Below are positions 28,763 through 43,309 of a stretch of DNA of 53,279 nucleotides, in pieces (the first letter of the stretch is position 1; each line of letters starts with the position of its first letter). Origin of the DNA: Octopus sinensis. Its lineage: Eukaryota. Position numbers and translations under genes: made by a program. The stretch is taken from the NCBI RefSeq assembly GCF_006345805.1, contig NW_021834357.1:1-53279 (forward strand), in the 5' to 3' direction. Below the pieces are notes generated by a model. The model did no database searches. It was not told the origin of the DNA and saw only the letters and a list, made by a program, of their open reading frames with translations.

Positions 28763-30976
28763 ATACGAGATGGAAAATCCAGAGGAGTGAAGACAGAGGA
28801 AAAAAAATCGCCAACGTTACACACGCGTCACATTTTGATGACCGGAAGGAAATGGGTGAAGAAAAGTTCTTTCAAAGCAGGAGTGGTAGAGGAGGGAGAA
28901 TGTGTGTGTAAGTGTGGATAAGAGCGTGCGCGGAGGTCTGCGTGTGCGTGTGTGTATGTGAGTATGTGTGTATGTGTGCAATAATGACACGTGTGTGTGT
29001 GTGCATGTGCGTGTGTATGTGTGTGTGGTTGTGGCTGTTAACTTGCGTGTTTTAGGGTTAGTAGTGTTAAGGTCAGGGAAGAAGGAATTGGGCGTGGCTT
29101 TTTTTTGTCTCTACCACAGGTCAAGTAATAGGTAGTGCTAGTTTGAAGTATGTGTGTGTGTGCGTGTATGTATATGTATCGTGTGTTGGTTTTGCTGTAG
29201 CTTGTGTGTGTGTGTTTATGTATGTGTGTGTTCGTGTGTGTACGCGTAGACTTTGGGTATGTGGCCAATAACTTTGCTTTACTTAGTGTATGTGTGTGCG
29301 TGTGCTTGTACGTGCGTATGTGTGTACACATGTATGAAAAAATGTGTGCCGTGTGTATGGGATGTATGTTTGGGCTCATTTGTGTGTGTGTGTGTGTATG
29401 TGCGTGCGTGTCGTATGAGCGTGTAGATGTCTGTGCATGTACGTGTGCGTTTCTATGTGTGTGTGTAAGTGTATATAGGTGTATATACGTATATCCGTGG
29501 GGTTGTGAGTTTTGGGTGTGTGCATTCATGTGCGTGTGTGCGTCCGTATGTGTGTGCTTGTTTTGCGAGCGTGTGTGTGTCTGTGTCTATATGTGTATAC
29601 GTATGTGTATGTGTGTGTGCGCGTGTAGGCGTATATTGTGTATGTATATGTATCGGTGTGTATGTGAATTTGTACATGCGTGTGTGTGTATGTTTTTGGA
29701 GTTGTGTGGGCGTAATGTGCGTGCGTGTGCTTGTGTGCGTGTGTGCGCTTACGTGCGTGTATGTGCGTGTGTGTCTGTGCCCATGTGTGTATAAGTGTGT
29801 ACGTATTTGTATGAGTATTGTGGGCATCTGTGCTGGTATATGTGTATGTACGTGTGTTTGTGTGTGCGTGTGTATTGTGTGCGTATGATATATATATCTC
29901 CGTGATCACCGTCACAGACCAGTTGTTGCTACATATCGCTGGTCACAATGCGCTTCGCGTTGTTTTAGCCTTTAAATGACGCCACCCCGCTGGTTAAGCG
30001 AGCAGGCCAACAGAGTGATCACAACAACCCAACTCCCTGAGCCTCGTGGAGCATTAAACACACACAACGCCGAGTCTGGGAATCGAAACCGCGATCCGAC
30101 AACCATGAGTGCGCTGCCCTAACCACTGGGCCACTGTGCTTCCACACAGACATACACACAAACGCACACATATATGTGAGTGGACATACACTGTATAGTG
30201 TGATTCTTCGTGTACAATTGAGCACGCGTGTCTGTGTGCGTGCGTATGTGTGTGTGTTTGTGTTAATTTGTGCGTGTGTTTGTCCGTGTGTCTGTGTGTA
30301 TGTATTTACATTCGTTCTTATATATTGTCATATATAAAAACCAACGTGAATTACAGTCAAACATTACGAAATTCACCGATCTACATTGGCACTCGCACGT
30401 TTTATTTTAAGTTGGAAAGAAAAGATTAAAAAACTCGCCTCACTCACTTTCCGTTCCTGATGGAGAGAAATAGATAAATGTGTGTAAATATGTACGTATT
30501 CCTATGTGTGCGTGTGTGTGTGTTTGTATGTGTCTGTTTCTGTGCGTGTGTGTAAGTGTACATCTAGATATAATACTTAACACTAATATTAATAGGGCTA
30601 AACGTTGCAGCTACAGGGCATTGGCCATGCTAGAACCCTACCATTAGATTTTTTCATTACGCACTTATTTCCCTCTCCAGGATTAAGTCTGGTGAAAGAG
30701 CGATCGGACAGGAGTACAATTCCACCCTTCTTTGTGTTTACTTGGGATGTGTGTATATGTATGTATATATAGATATATATATATACTAAATGAGAAAATG
30801 GAGAAACATATCTAAATCAATCATCAACCATCAGATAATACCCAATCAATACTTTATTAAACCATTACATAACAGCAATGACATTATACATAATATATTG
30901 CAAATATAACTAGACATGGAAATAGAAATAGAATATACGATTACATCATATCTGACAGATATATATATATATATAT

Positions 30977-31040
<64 letters not shown>

Positions 31041-31110
31041 TATGTAGGTCCCGGGTTGATTCGGGGTTAACCACAGTAAAAGGTACTCAATACATAGCAG
31101 AGTAAAATTA

Positions 31111-31223
31111 ATTTATTATATAGAAGGAGCTTCTACAGGACTAGAACTGTTTCATTCAAGAGAAATCATTTCTCTTGAATGAAACAGTTCTAGTCCTGTA
31201 GAAGCTCCTTCTATATAATAAAT
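31111..31223. repeat. Perfect palindrome with 56-bp arms and a 1-nt spacer
   Basis: 31111-31166 is the exact reverse complement of 31168-31223. Confidence 0.95.
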
Positions 31224-31693
31224 ATATATATATATTTATATATCTCTTATAATAAAAGGCAGATTTTATCTGCCTCCCTTTGGGAGTTATACAAATCTAC
31301 AATATATGATTTCTTCAATTACAATTTACCTACCATTTTTAGAGTACAATGCATCGCGTCATGCCAGGTCCAGTTTTAAAATTTAAACTCCAATTAAGCA
31401 AAATTTACAGAAACTCACATTCTGGTGTGTGTGTCAAATGCTTTTCTTAGTCTGTTTACACCACACGCAAACGCACACACACAGTGGGCAACGAATAAAG
31501 TGAAACTAGATGTAATATTTGTTTCTCTCTATCACGCTGATAGATACATGAGTAAAATGTATGGGAAGCTAACACATAAGTGTGAGTGAAAATGTTCTTG
31601 GAAGAGAGTAAATAGCCAGAGATAGTGATTTGAGGAGGACTTTACATTAAATAACCGTAGTGGCTTGTGTTAGTAATAAAGTAAACATACACT

Positions 31694-31725
<32 letters not shown>

Positions 31726-32097
31726 CATACACACACACACATACATACACACACGCACATACATACACACACACATACATACATACACACACACATACAT
31801 ACATACACATACATACATACATACATATACATACATACATACACACACACACACATACACACACACACAGTATTGAAGCTTGAGAACAATCAGATACATT
31901 TGCAACACATCTGTTGAAAATATTATTGTTCACACACATACATATACATATATACATACAGACAGACAGACAGATAGACACACACACACACACACACACA
32001 CACATGATCCAGCATGGCCACAACCTCAAGGCTGAAACATATAAAAGAATAACAGAATATAAATGTGTGCATGTGTGTGAGAGAGAGAGTGTGTGTG

Positions 32098-32129
<32 letters not shown>

Positions 32130-32151
32130 TGTATGTATGTATATATATATA

Positions 32152-32745
32152 ATAATGCGGTTTTTTCAACAGCTTGAACTAAAATTCAGAGGGGAATGGG
32201 ATAAACCACTTATATTAACTTGCTATAAAAGCAGGTAGTAATTTTATCTTGTCCTTATTCATAGTGCAAGTTTTGAAGAGTGCATTTCGAATTTAACAGC
32301 TATTTTTTTCAAAGCTATATTGGAAGTAACAAAGGAGCATATTTGGCATATTTTGCTTTATGAGTTCAATAAAGACAACAACGCAACGGAAAGTACAAGA
32401 AATATTAATGCAGTATATGGGGATTGGACAATAAGCGTAAGGCAGTGTCAATGGTGGTTCCAGAAATTCCGAGCCATAAACTACAGCCTAGAAGACGAGC
32501 CTCATCCTGAAAGATCTGTAGAACTCGACAAGGACATCCTGAAAACCCTGGTGGAACAAAATCTCATCGTAACTGTTGAGGAACTAGCAGAGAAGCTTGG
32601 ATTTGGTCATCTTCAACCATTCATTGAGACCTGTGTGCTATCGGAGAAGTCAGCAAATTGGGTCAATGGTTCCTCACGAACTTTCCGAGACTAATTGCAT
32701 GCAAGAGTGAATGTATGCTTTTCTTTGCTGTCACATCTCACCACT
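32152..32745 (+). mobile_element. Mariner transposase 5' fragment (HTH DNA-binding region)
   Basis: HILLYEFNK..NATESTRNINAVYG..ISVRQCQWWFQKFR..SLEDEP..TVEELAEKLG, followed by frameshifted WV...HEL remnants. Confidence 0.8.
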
Positions 32746-32760
32746 ACTGCGCTATGTATA

Positions 32761-33379
32761 TCTATATATATAAAACTGTAGTTGTGTGAGTGTCTGTCCC
32801 CTTCGATTTAGATTCCTAACTACTCCCACATTTTGCGGTGCAGTTTAACCAAATTCGGGTAGCTTATAGTCGTGATTCATATGGAGCGCGTCTACGATGA
32901 GTCTACGATTTTAAAAATAATTTAACATAATTTTTTATTCCATTTTAATGCATAATTTTTCGTGTGTCGATGGCGGCGGAGTTGGCGTCCACGCTCACAC
33001 CTGCACCTGTGGGGAAGGGAGTGTAAGGAAATCAACGTCGTAATGCGTTGTCAAGGAGACCAGCGTTCTTTTAGAACAACGACTTCATGGCTTGAAGACA
33101 CCAAAACAGAAATGGCTAAGAAAGCGTCTACATGAGTCTACGATTTAAAAAAAAAATTACCATCGTTTTTTTTCCATTTTAATGCATTTTTTCGCTATTA
33201 TATAAGGGAAGTAACTCTCTAAAAATGTCTACGATGAGTCAACGGTTTAAAAAAAAATTTACCATCATATTATTTCCATTTTTAATGCATTTTTGGCTAT
33301 TTTTTGGCTGTAACTCTCTAAAAATGCTTATATAGTTATTTCCCTTACAAACCCGAGCAACGCCGGGCGATACTGCTAG
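32761..33379 (+). mobile_element. Non-autonomous Helitron
   Basis: 5' A|TC start, subterminal hairpin cccgagcaacgccggg (33352-33367), 3' CTAG|T end, no TSD, and internal repeats of gagtctacgatttt. Confidence 0.75.
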
Positions 33380-33392
33380 TATATATATATAT

Positions 33393-33439
<47 letters not shown>

Positions 33440-33480
33440 TATAGATAGATAGATAGATAGAAAGATAGATAGATAGGTAC

Positions 33481-33527
<47 letters not shown>

Positions 33528-33912
33528 TGTAGTTAAATAGATTGATAGATAGATATGTATGTACATACATACGTAACTATATATGTGTGTATGTATATAT
33601 GATATGTATATATATATTGATGTGTGTGTGTGTGTGTGTGTGTGTATAGCACACATAGTGTGTATGTATCTATCTTTTATGTATGTGTCTGTTATTGTCG
33701 CACCGCTATCGATTCTCAACTGATGTCGTTGTGTTTACGTCCCCGTTACATAGCCGATCGGCTAGAGATACCGATAAAATGAGCAACAGGCTTACAAAGA
33801 ATAATTCCTGAAGTCGACTTGTCCTACTAAACGCAGTGCTCTAGAATGGCCGCAGTCAAATGAATGAAACGGGTAAAAGAATATATTTATACACAAACAC
33901 ACACACACACAC

Positions 33913-33977
<65 letters not shown>

Positions 33978-34403
33978 GATAAATAGAGAGAGAGAGAGAG
34001 AGAGATAGACAGAGAGATACAGTGATAGATACACACACGCATATATTTGCTTGTATATATATATCTATATATGTTCACGCGCTAATATATTCATATATAT
34101 GTATATTTATATATACATATATATGTATATTATATATACAAATATACGTATATGTATATATACGTATGTTTAGGTGTGTGCGCCTGTGTGTTCGTGTGTG
34201 ATTACGTGTGTGATCTTATGTGTGTGTGTGTGCTCCATAGGAACATATGTACGTGATTCATGCATACATCCTTACATCCATCCATCCATCCGTACGTACA
34301 TACATCCACATATTAATACATACATACGTAAACGCATACATACATACATGCATATATAAATACATAAAGACATACATATATTAACACAAAATCCATGACT
34401 TAC

Positions 34404-34547
34404 CGTTTTCGATTTCTCTTCCATTTTTCCTATTCTTGAATCTTGATGAAGAATCACGATCGTCAGAACGAGAAGAACCCCAAGAGCAATGAGAGAAGAA
34501 ATGGAATAACGCTGCGAAATATTCCTGGACAGTTGTGCGAAATCCAT
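34404..34547 (-). CDS. Copy C exon 1, MDFAQLSRNISQRYSISSLIALGVLLVLTIVILHQDSRIGKMEEKSKT
   Basis: 144 nt from ATG to the ACG|GTAAGT donor. Hydrophobic segment at residues ~16-33. Confidence 0.8.
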
Positions 34548-37500
34548 TCTGGTGACAGTTGTCGGTCGTAAGTGATACTTCGTGTGGCTTCAACAAAAGA
34601 TCGAGATGCGAGGTTTAAGCTGAAGACCTGTAACTGAATTCCACGTATTTATTGAGCGCACAACAACCCAGCTCTGGCAAAGATCTTATCGTAAATTTAT
34701 GAACCAATGCGATTGGTGGAACTGTAAAAGCGGGTGTGAACTCGTCTGACAGGTTTAATTATTGGAAAGAGATGGTTTGATATTGTCACACAATAATTAG
34801 CAAAATATTTTGATGAATGAGAGACACGTGTAAAGTGAAATGATTCCCGTTTCTGGATATATTATGATATATTTATTTACTAATGTTGTTATTTAATTTT
34901 ATTTGTTATTCTTGGGAAACTGTTTTAATATTCAGTGTGGGAAATATTTCGTTCAACCAATAAATACACAGACACAAAGACACACACACACACACACACA
35001 CTGACACACACACACACAAGCACACACTGACACAAACACCAACACACACACCCACATACACTGACACACAGACACACACACGCACAGACACTAACACACA
35101 CACACACACACACACTGACATACACATACCAACACACACACCCACACACACCAACACACACTGACACACACACAGATACACACACAGATACATTGTCTTA
35201 CACACAAACACATACACATACTCACGCACACACATACTCATTGACACACACACACTGACATACACACATACACACACACGCTGACACACATACGCACACA
35301 CATTGACACACACACACACATACACTGACACACGCACACACACTGACACACACACACACACTCCCACGCACACACACATACACTGACACACACACACATA
35401 CACACAAAATATTTTGATGAATGAGAGACACGTGTAAAGTGAAATGATTCCTGTTTCTGGATATATTATGATATATTTATTTACTAATGTTGTTATTTAA
35501 TTTTATTTGTTATTCTTGGGAAACTGTTTTAATATTCAGTGTGGGAAGTATTTCGTTCAACCAATAAATACACAGACACAAAGACACACACACACACTCA
35601 CACACTGTTTTAATATCCAGAGTGGGAAGTATTTCGTTCAACCCACACAGTAATCGCAAGACTTAATCTAATGAAGTCCGCTGTTCGGATTGGATTCTTC
35701 ACAACAAGCGTTAATCGGATTAGAAAAGTTTTATGTGAATATCAAAACCAAAACCTACCAATTCCCACCCACCCATACATACATACATACATACATACAT
35801 GCACACATACATACATACATACATACATACATACATACATACATACATGCATACATGCATACATACATACATACATACACACATACATACATACATACAT
35901 GCATACATACACACTCACGTATATATATACATATAAACATACATAAATACCCCCATACATACATATATACTTACATATACACATATATATATATACATAC
36001 ATACACACATACATACACACATACATACATACAAACAAACATACATACACACACATACATACATACATACATACATACATACATGTATGCATATATTTAC
36101 ACATACATGTATGTATACATGTATACATGCATGTATGTTTGAATGTAAGCATGTATATATCGATAGACACATATACACATACATACATATATACATACAT
36201 ACATAAATACTTACATCCATACATACATACATACATACTTACATCCATCCATCTATACATACATACATACTTGGTGGCTGCCCCCTCGTTATCGAGTATG
36301 GGCATTGCACGAAGCTTAATCAATGTTGTTATCGTGCAATGCCTGTGCATGAAAATTTTTTTTAAAGCGAGGAAAGGCTGTGCACTGAGTCAATCCCAGT
36401 CACTAAGCAACAGCATCCATAATCCGAAAAGAAGAACAATTCAACATCATCGGTAACCATTGAGCCGCAGGTTTTATATCGGAGTTATCCCAGTTACCTT
36501 AGTTACCATCTCCTAGAAGGATGCCCTAACAAAGTCTAGGAGTCCTTCACTCCCAACTGTTTAACCGCGCGATCTGGCATTCAGTCCGATTATTTCTATG
36601 TCCCCGCGCATGATACAGCCTTAACACATTTATTGGATGGCCGTTGAATCTCAAGAATCCCTCCGCCTTTTGACGGGTTTTGTTTTTCATCCCGCAGGGT
36701 GTCCAATAAACTCCCTCTTCACCAAGCAAGCTTGGTGGGGTTGCCGGTTTAGTCGCCGACGACCCGACAATGCAACAGGTTGTACTGGGTTACATGTTAC
36801 CAGTAGCACTCGAAAGTGACCTGACATACATACATGCATACTTACATATATACATACATACATACATACATACATACATGCATACATACATACATACATA
36901 CATGCATGCATATATACATGCATGCATGCATATATGTACATACATACATACATACATACATGCATGCATACATACATACATACATACATGCATACATACA
37001 TACATGCATACATGCATACATACAAACATGCATACATACATACATACATGCATACATACATGCATACATACATACAGACATACATACATGCATACATACA
37101 TACATGCATACATACATACATACATGCATACATACATACATACATGCATACATACATACATGCATACATACATACATACATACATACATACATGCATACA
37201 TACATACATACAGGCATACATACATACATACATACATAGATACATGCATGCATATACATACATACATACATACCACATACATACAATTCATACACATACA
37301 TACATGCTACATACATATATTCATAACATACTTACATACATACATACATTCCACCATACATACATACATACATACATACATACATGCATACATGCATACA
37401 TGCATACATGCATACATACATACATACATAGATCACGCATGCATACATTTATACCTACACACATACATGCATACATACATACATACATACATACATACAT

Positions 37501-38081
37501 GCATACATACATACATACATACATGCATGCATACATACATACATATACACATACATGCATACATACATACATACATACATACATACATGCATGCATCCAT
37601 ACATACATACATACCTACATCCATGCATACATACATACATTCATGCATACATACATACATACATACATACATACATACATACATACATACATACATACAT
37701 ACATACATACATGCATACAAAAATATCCTGTTCATGTTATTGAAATTCCAATGAAAGATACTTGGAACTAAGTTAGAAGCCGTCTCTCTTTCTGTTGACC
37801 AGAAATATTCTATTAAAACCGAATAATGACATTCATACATATTTTTAGCTAGTCATTATCACTAGCTTTGAATACTTTTCTTCTTGTTTTATAAATCATA
37901 GCAAAACATACAGGTACAGTGTCTCCCATTTGAAACTCAATTCGCAAGTGCACCTTCCGTATGGACTGCATTTGTACGACGGAATTCCATAGTTATGATT
38001 AAATTTTCTTAGATGAAGCATATTAGACCCCTCAGATATAGTTTGACCAAATTTAATATATATATGTGTGTGTGTGTGTGT

Positions 38082-38125
<44 letters not shown>

Positions 38126-39621
38126 CACTCTCGGTTTGGCCCTCGAAATAAGGTTAATTCGAAGTAAGCTACAAAATAAATCTTACAGCCATGTCAGATT
38201 TCAACAAAGTCCCATAATTTTTCCTATTGTAATGGCGTGTTGCCTATGCAGCTGCGCATGCTCTGTACAGCTTAAACACCTGGCGGTCGTTTTAACTGTC
38301 TAATTATGCCGCTGAATCAAAAGATGAATTTGAAGATCTACCAGCGTCCGTATTCTCTGCAATTGTTTACGATTTACAACCAAGAAAATATTTGTAATCT
38401 AGAGAAGCGGAAGCAGATTTACCCATTAGACTAATAATAGTGGGATAGTAAACATTAATAATCTTTAATCTTTATTGCAGCTTGATGCTGTTAACCGAAC
38501 CCTTCGCTTATCTAACAAATATTCGACACACTCCAACATACTGTCATGAATCCTATTGGATATAACGTGACGGTCACAACATCTCAGCCTTCTTACACAC
38601 AGCATCCGTGCTTGCCCTGACTATATTTGCTCTCTTTACTCTAACTTTTATGGGTGTTGTATTCGTTTCGCATGAAATGTATTCAGCTTCTAGGATCCAT
38701 CCTTTCTTCGGTTCTGGTATGTTTACGTAGATGAGTGAAAGAAATCGTCTTATTTGATGTTCTCTGCTGTCGAAATGAGGCAATTTTTCTGGTTGATTTC
38801 ATTTCTTATTCTTGTATATCAGCATTTAGTGTATGACGTGTATGTTGTGTGCATCGAGTTTCATTTTGTATCCTATTTTGAAGAGAGGTGGGAATTTTGT
38901 GATATAGATTTAGGTTGGCAAGACCAGTACTCATTTATACTGACTTTTGAACGATTGATCGTGTAAATTCCACATTCTCAGAAAGCTTAAATTGAACATT
39001 TTGTGATATTTGTAAAGTAGACGATAAATAGGTTTTATAAGATATGGGGTTGGAATGGAACGGAAAGCTTTCCTGATTAATAACGGCAAATAGAATGTAT
39101 TGTGTGGAAGTATCTGGTTGTTGTTGAAAGAATCAGTTAAGTTCCGTGCTAAGTAATGTAGCGGTTCATGGCTCCTTGTCAGAATCCGATTTGTAATTTG
39201 AAAACCAAGATGTCTGAGATAGTAGCGTCGAGTATTAGATTTTCTAAGTCTGTGCATGAAAAGCTGATATAATTCTATGGTGGTACTTTATTTGGGGTTT
39301 GTTGAATCATGAGACAGAAGACAAAATACTGTTAAACAAAATAACATTTTATTTCAACGATAAGTTTGATAAACTGAAATCTTACAAAATGTTTTCTAGA
39401 ATCATTTCGACAGATTTAGATTTTTCTTGATTTTGAGGATATTTCTGGCATTCTAGGTCGCCTCTTTTGTATTGTTTGAATATCTTCTGTAAACTAGTAT
39501 AACGGTTTATTGTAACGATAGACATACTTTAAAGAAAATATTAGGTAACAAAATTGAAAATTTATATTATTTATTGTAAGTCACAGAGATATTTTCATAT
39601 GGAAGCGATTTTAATTTCTAT

Positions 39622-40118
39622 TCAATATTTACTGCACACAACGCGGGTTAATTCTTGACCATTGACATACGGTGGACATGGCAATGAACCACATGAAGCC
39701 TGAACGAAATAAAATAAAGCTCCATTTTCGTTTCTGTAGCCTGCTGGATCAGCTTCTGGTGCATAATCCACACACACATATTCATGTCTGCCCTTATGAC
39801 TATGACATTCGGTCATCAAATATCCTGAATACTCAGCTGTCCAACCAGCGTAACACTTTGTCCTGGCTGGTAACATCATAACAACAGCAGGTTGTCGTGT
39901 CAAACAGACAGCGCACGGAACGTTGTGATCATGAAGTGATTTAGCGTTAGCAAAAGAAAAGAGTTTATTTGAGTAGTGGGAAATTTCATATTCACTGCCA
40001 TAAATGTAACCACCTTTTTCAACTTCTGTAGTATAATTGGCCCAAATGGGATCGTTAGGTAAACACAACAGATTGCTTCCGCCACCAGTATGGGTTTGAT
40101 GTTGTCCACCAACCACAC
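39622..40118 (-). CDS. Copy D exon 4, C4-like domain
   Basis: ORF 39622..40116 plus a phase-1 acceptor ctag|GT. Same motifs as copy A, but ELTRVVC replaces ELTCVVC. Confidence 0.9.
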
Positions 40119-41309
40119 CTAGAATTGGTAAGAATATATCAAGTAAAAAAGATATTAAGCAAAATTATATATAAAATAACGGAAATATTCATTACAATTT
40201 GACCCTTAAAAGGAGTCATGTTTAGTCGCGTATGAACGAATTGTGGTGTATGTGTTAGTGCTTATGTGAGTGTAAGCAGTGTTGCTGTATGCATGAAATC
40301 CTAGATGTGCATTTGCATTCTCTTCATATATATATATATATATATATCGAAGTAAGCAACAAGGATATCCAGAGATAATGCAGTACGATTGTTTCATGCA
40401 ACTCCATTTAATTGAACAATACAATCATTGCATTAATTTAAAATATAGAGGAATCTTCAGCTGCACAAATACATAGAATTTAATTAAATTAAAACAGATT
40501 GACACATTAGTATAATTATACCTAAAATCTCTAAGAAGTTAAGGAGATACACAAAGAACTGTTTGTCTCTACTTCAACTTAGAAGTTAATAAAATTATCA
40601 AGAAATTTATGAATACTTATGAATACAATAAGTATTCAACAATTTCTATCATTTTGTTATAATATTCTTCTTAATAATCCTTTGGAAAACCCTAAACTTC
40701 AACTGTATTCATAGCAACATTGTTTAAAATATTTAACTATAATATATGATAAGACATTCCGTTTCATTGTCAATAGTCTGCCAGTGTGCGACCCCCTTAA
40801 TTATCAGCTAACACCTTGTTTTAAGTTTTCCCTTACTAAACCTCATGGTATTGCTTATAATGATTCTTGATTTTTTTATAATTATACTAACTAGAATGTA
40901 TATCTACTACCTCATCCCTCCCCCTAACAGATACTGCCCCATGTTCTCTCAGCCTTAGATATACAAAGGATTTTTAAACAATTAAAACTGACCCCATAAA
41001 GACAAAAAATCAGTGGTAAGTTGAGTCTTCTTGATAATTTTAGTAACTGCTATGCTGAAGTAGAGACAACATGTTCTATGTAATTTCTTGGGGATTTTAG
41101 GTATAATTATACAAATGTGTCCATCTGTTCTAATTTAATTAAATGCTACGTCTTTTAGCAGCCGAGGATTGCTCTAAATTTTAAACTGATGTAATGATTG
41201 CATTGTTCAATTAACTGGAGTTGCATGAAACGAACGTACTGCATTATCTCTGGATATCATCGTTGCTTATTTTAATTTTAATCACCTTAAGTAACATATT
41301 CATCTGAAT

Positions 41310-41441
<132 letters not shown>

Positions 41442-42623
41442 GTAAGTATATGTATATATATGTTGTGTGTATACGGGTAAGTATTTGGGGATACGATGTG
41501 GATTATTATGTAAGTTTGCATGGGGAAGTGTTTTGCGAGGATGTTAATTGAAGGAGAAAAAGAAAGGAATTCGGTAACGCATGTACTCGTGTTTATCCGA
41601 AATGGAAAATGTGTTCACGAGTGAACGGGGATATTTTGGTGATGGAGTCGGCGATCGATAAAGGATACGTGTAGGATTTATAAAGAGCAGATACAGAGCA
41701 TTTTTAAGGAACGTGAGGTTGATTGGGGATGAGGTTTGTAGCAGCAGTTTTGAATTGGAAGTTTCGGAATTACCTTACAAAGTTATACTGGATAATTAAT
41801 GAGGTGATGTGGTGCATGAAAAGAGCAAGGTTTTAGCGATAGGACGATTTCGGTGAGGCGGAGAAGAATAGAAGTGCATTCTGTACTCTGTTGTGTTCTC
41901 TCACTAATATTTAGTCTCTCTCTATTTTACTTAATGAATAAAGTCCTTAGCTTTTTCCATCAGTTACAGTATGTGGCTTGTCCAGTCCTCATTCTACATT
42001 GTGCGTTCATTTCATTAAAAATTTACAGTCACTGTCATCAATTCTAATAGACTCTATTAAATTTAGCCCACACCTACGATCATTGGGCACTCTAGTTAAA
42101 GATAGTCAAGTGGCCACTTTTCAGCTCTGGTAACTCACGTACAATACCACCATCCGTAGCCAGTACACTTGATCACCAGTTTGCGGCCTCGGTATTTGAT
42201 ATCTACAATCCAAAGCTGGTCAGCCTGAAATTCATGATCGCCATGGTGGTTTGCAGTCCAGCCCCTATTTGTAATTTAACGTAGAGATATCTATATTCTG
42301 TGGTTAGACAACATCCTTTTCACTTGGTTCGTAGTAGACAACATACAATATTCTGATTTGACCAAATACCTACAAAGAGTAAGCAGTCTTGTGTAGTGTC
42401 TGTATAGTCTACAGGTATAGACGTTTGAAACGTGACATATCATAAGAGGATTTGAGAATGTTTATGTCAGACAACCCGACAAAGGTTGAGTGTGTGTGCA
42501 TGTGCGTGAGAGAGAGGGTGAGAGAGAAAGAGAGGCAACAAAAAGAGAGAATGAGAGGTATAAAAAAAGAACAAGAGGAAAACAAAAAGAGAATGAGAGG
42601 TCAGAAATATAAAGTATACTAAC

Positions 42624-42698
42624 CGTCATATACAAGGTTTGAATAAGGAGGACAAGTTGTTCTGCCCCACCGGGTATACAATGATCCGAGACCGGGTT
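42624..42698 (-). CDS. Copy D exon 3, (K)PGLGSLYTRWGRTTCPPYSNLVYD(G)
   Basis: 75 nt, canonical splice sites, open frame. Confidence 0.88.
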
Positions 42699-43309
42699 CT
42701 GCGAAATTAAAATGAAATAATGTAGTTTAAAAGAAAGAATTGGGGGATCATTTACAAAGTAGGATGTTGGATGGGAAGGAATTGATGGAGAAGAGAGAAA
42801 TATAGAACTTAAGAAAGAACGAGTGAATGAATGAAAGTCAGAACGAAAGATGTAAATAATAAGAATAAATTGTAAAGAAAGAAAAAAGACATTTGTCTGT
42901 TGAGCCTGTTGGTGACGTTGATGTCAAAGATTTGAGAGATTAATCTCAGAATATCAGAATGTGTATCGGTCTCCGCTAAGAACGGATGTATGTATGATAC
43001 GTAAACTTGGGTATGAGTATATATACTTCTCAATAGAATATTGATACAACTCAATAGAATAATGATAAAATATTCGCCAGGTGCGAATATTCATCGGTCA
43101 ATTACAAACATCAGTTTGGAGCTCAGCGCAAATAAGGCCATCATAACTACAATATGAAAATAACAACCATACCGCATCATTTGTCAATTTAGTTAAAAGA
43201 CATCGCATCCGGATCTCGAGTAGAGGAGTCCATTCGATAAATGTATAGCACAACACACCCAACACCGGTGCAACCAGCAAGAAGCCTGCAACTGAATCTG
43301 GGGTGCGTG

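Larger units (their letters stand above)
16450..36151 (+). repeat. Fused duplication units B (16450-25524) and C (25525-36151)
   Basis: The decayed LINE and exon 2 occur twice, while exons 1, 3 and 4 occur once. Confidence 0.85.

Noticed and set aside
34272-34403. Extension of the exon 1 ORF (VSHGFCVNIC...)
   Set aside because: This is read-through past a strong GTAAGT donor into intronic microsatellite.
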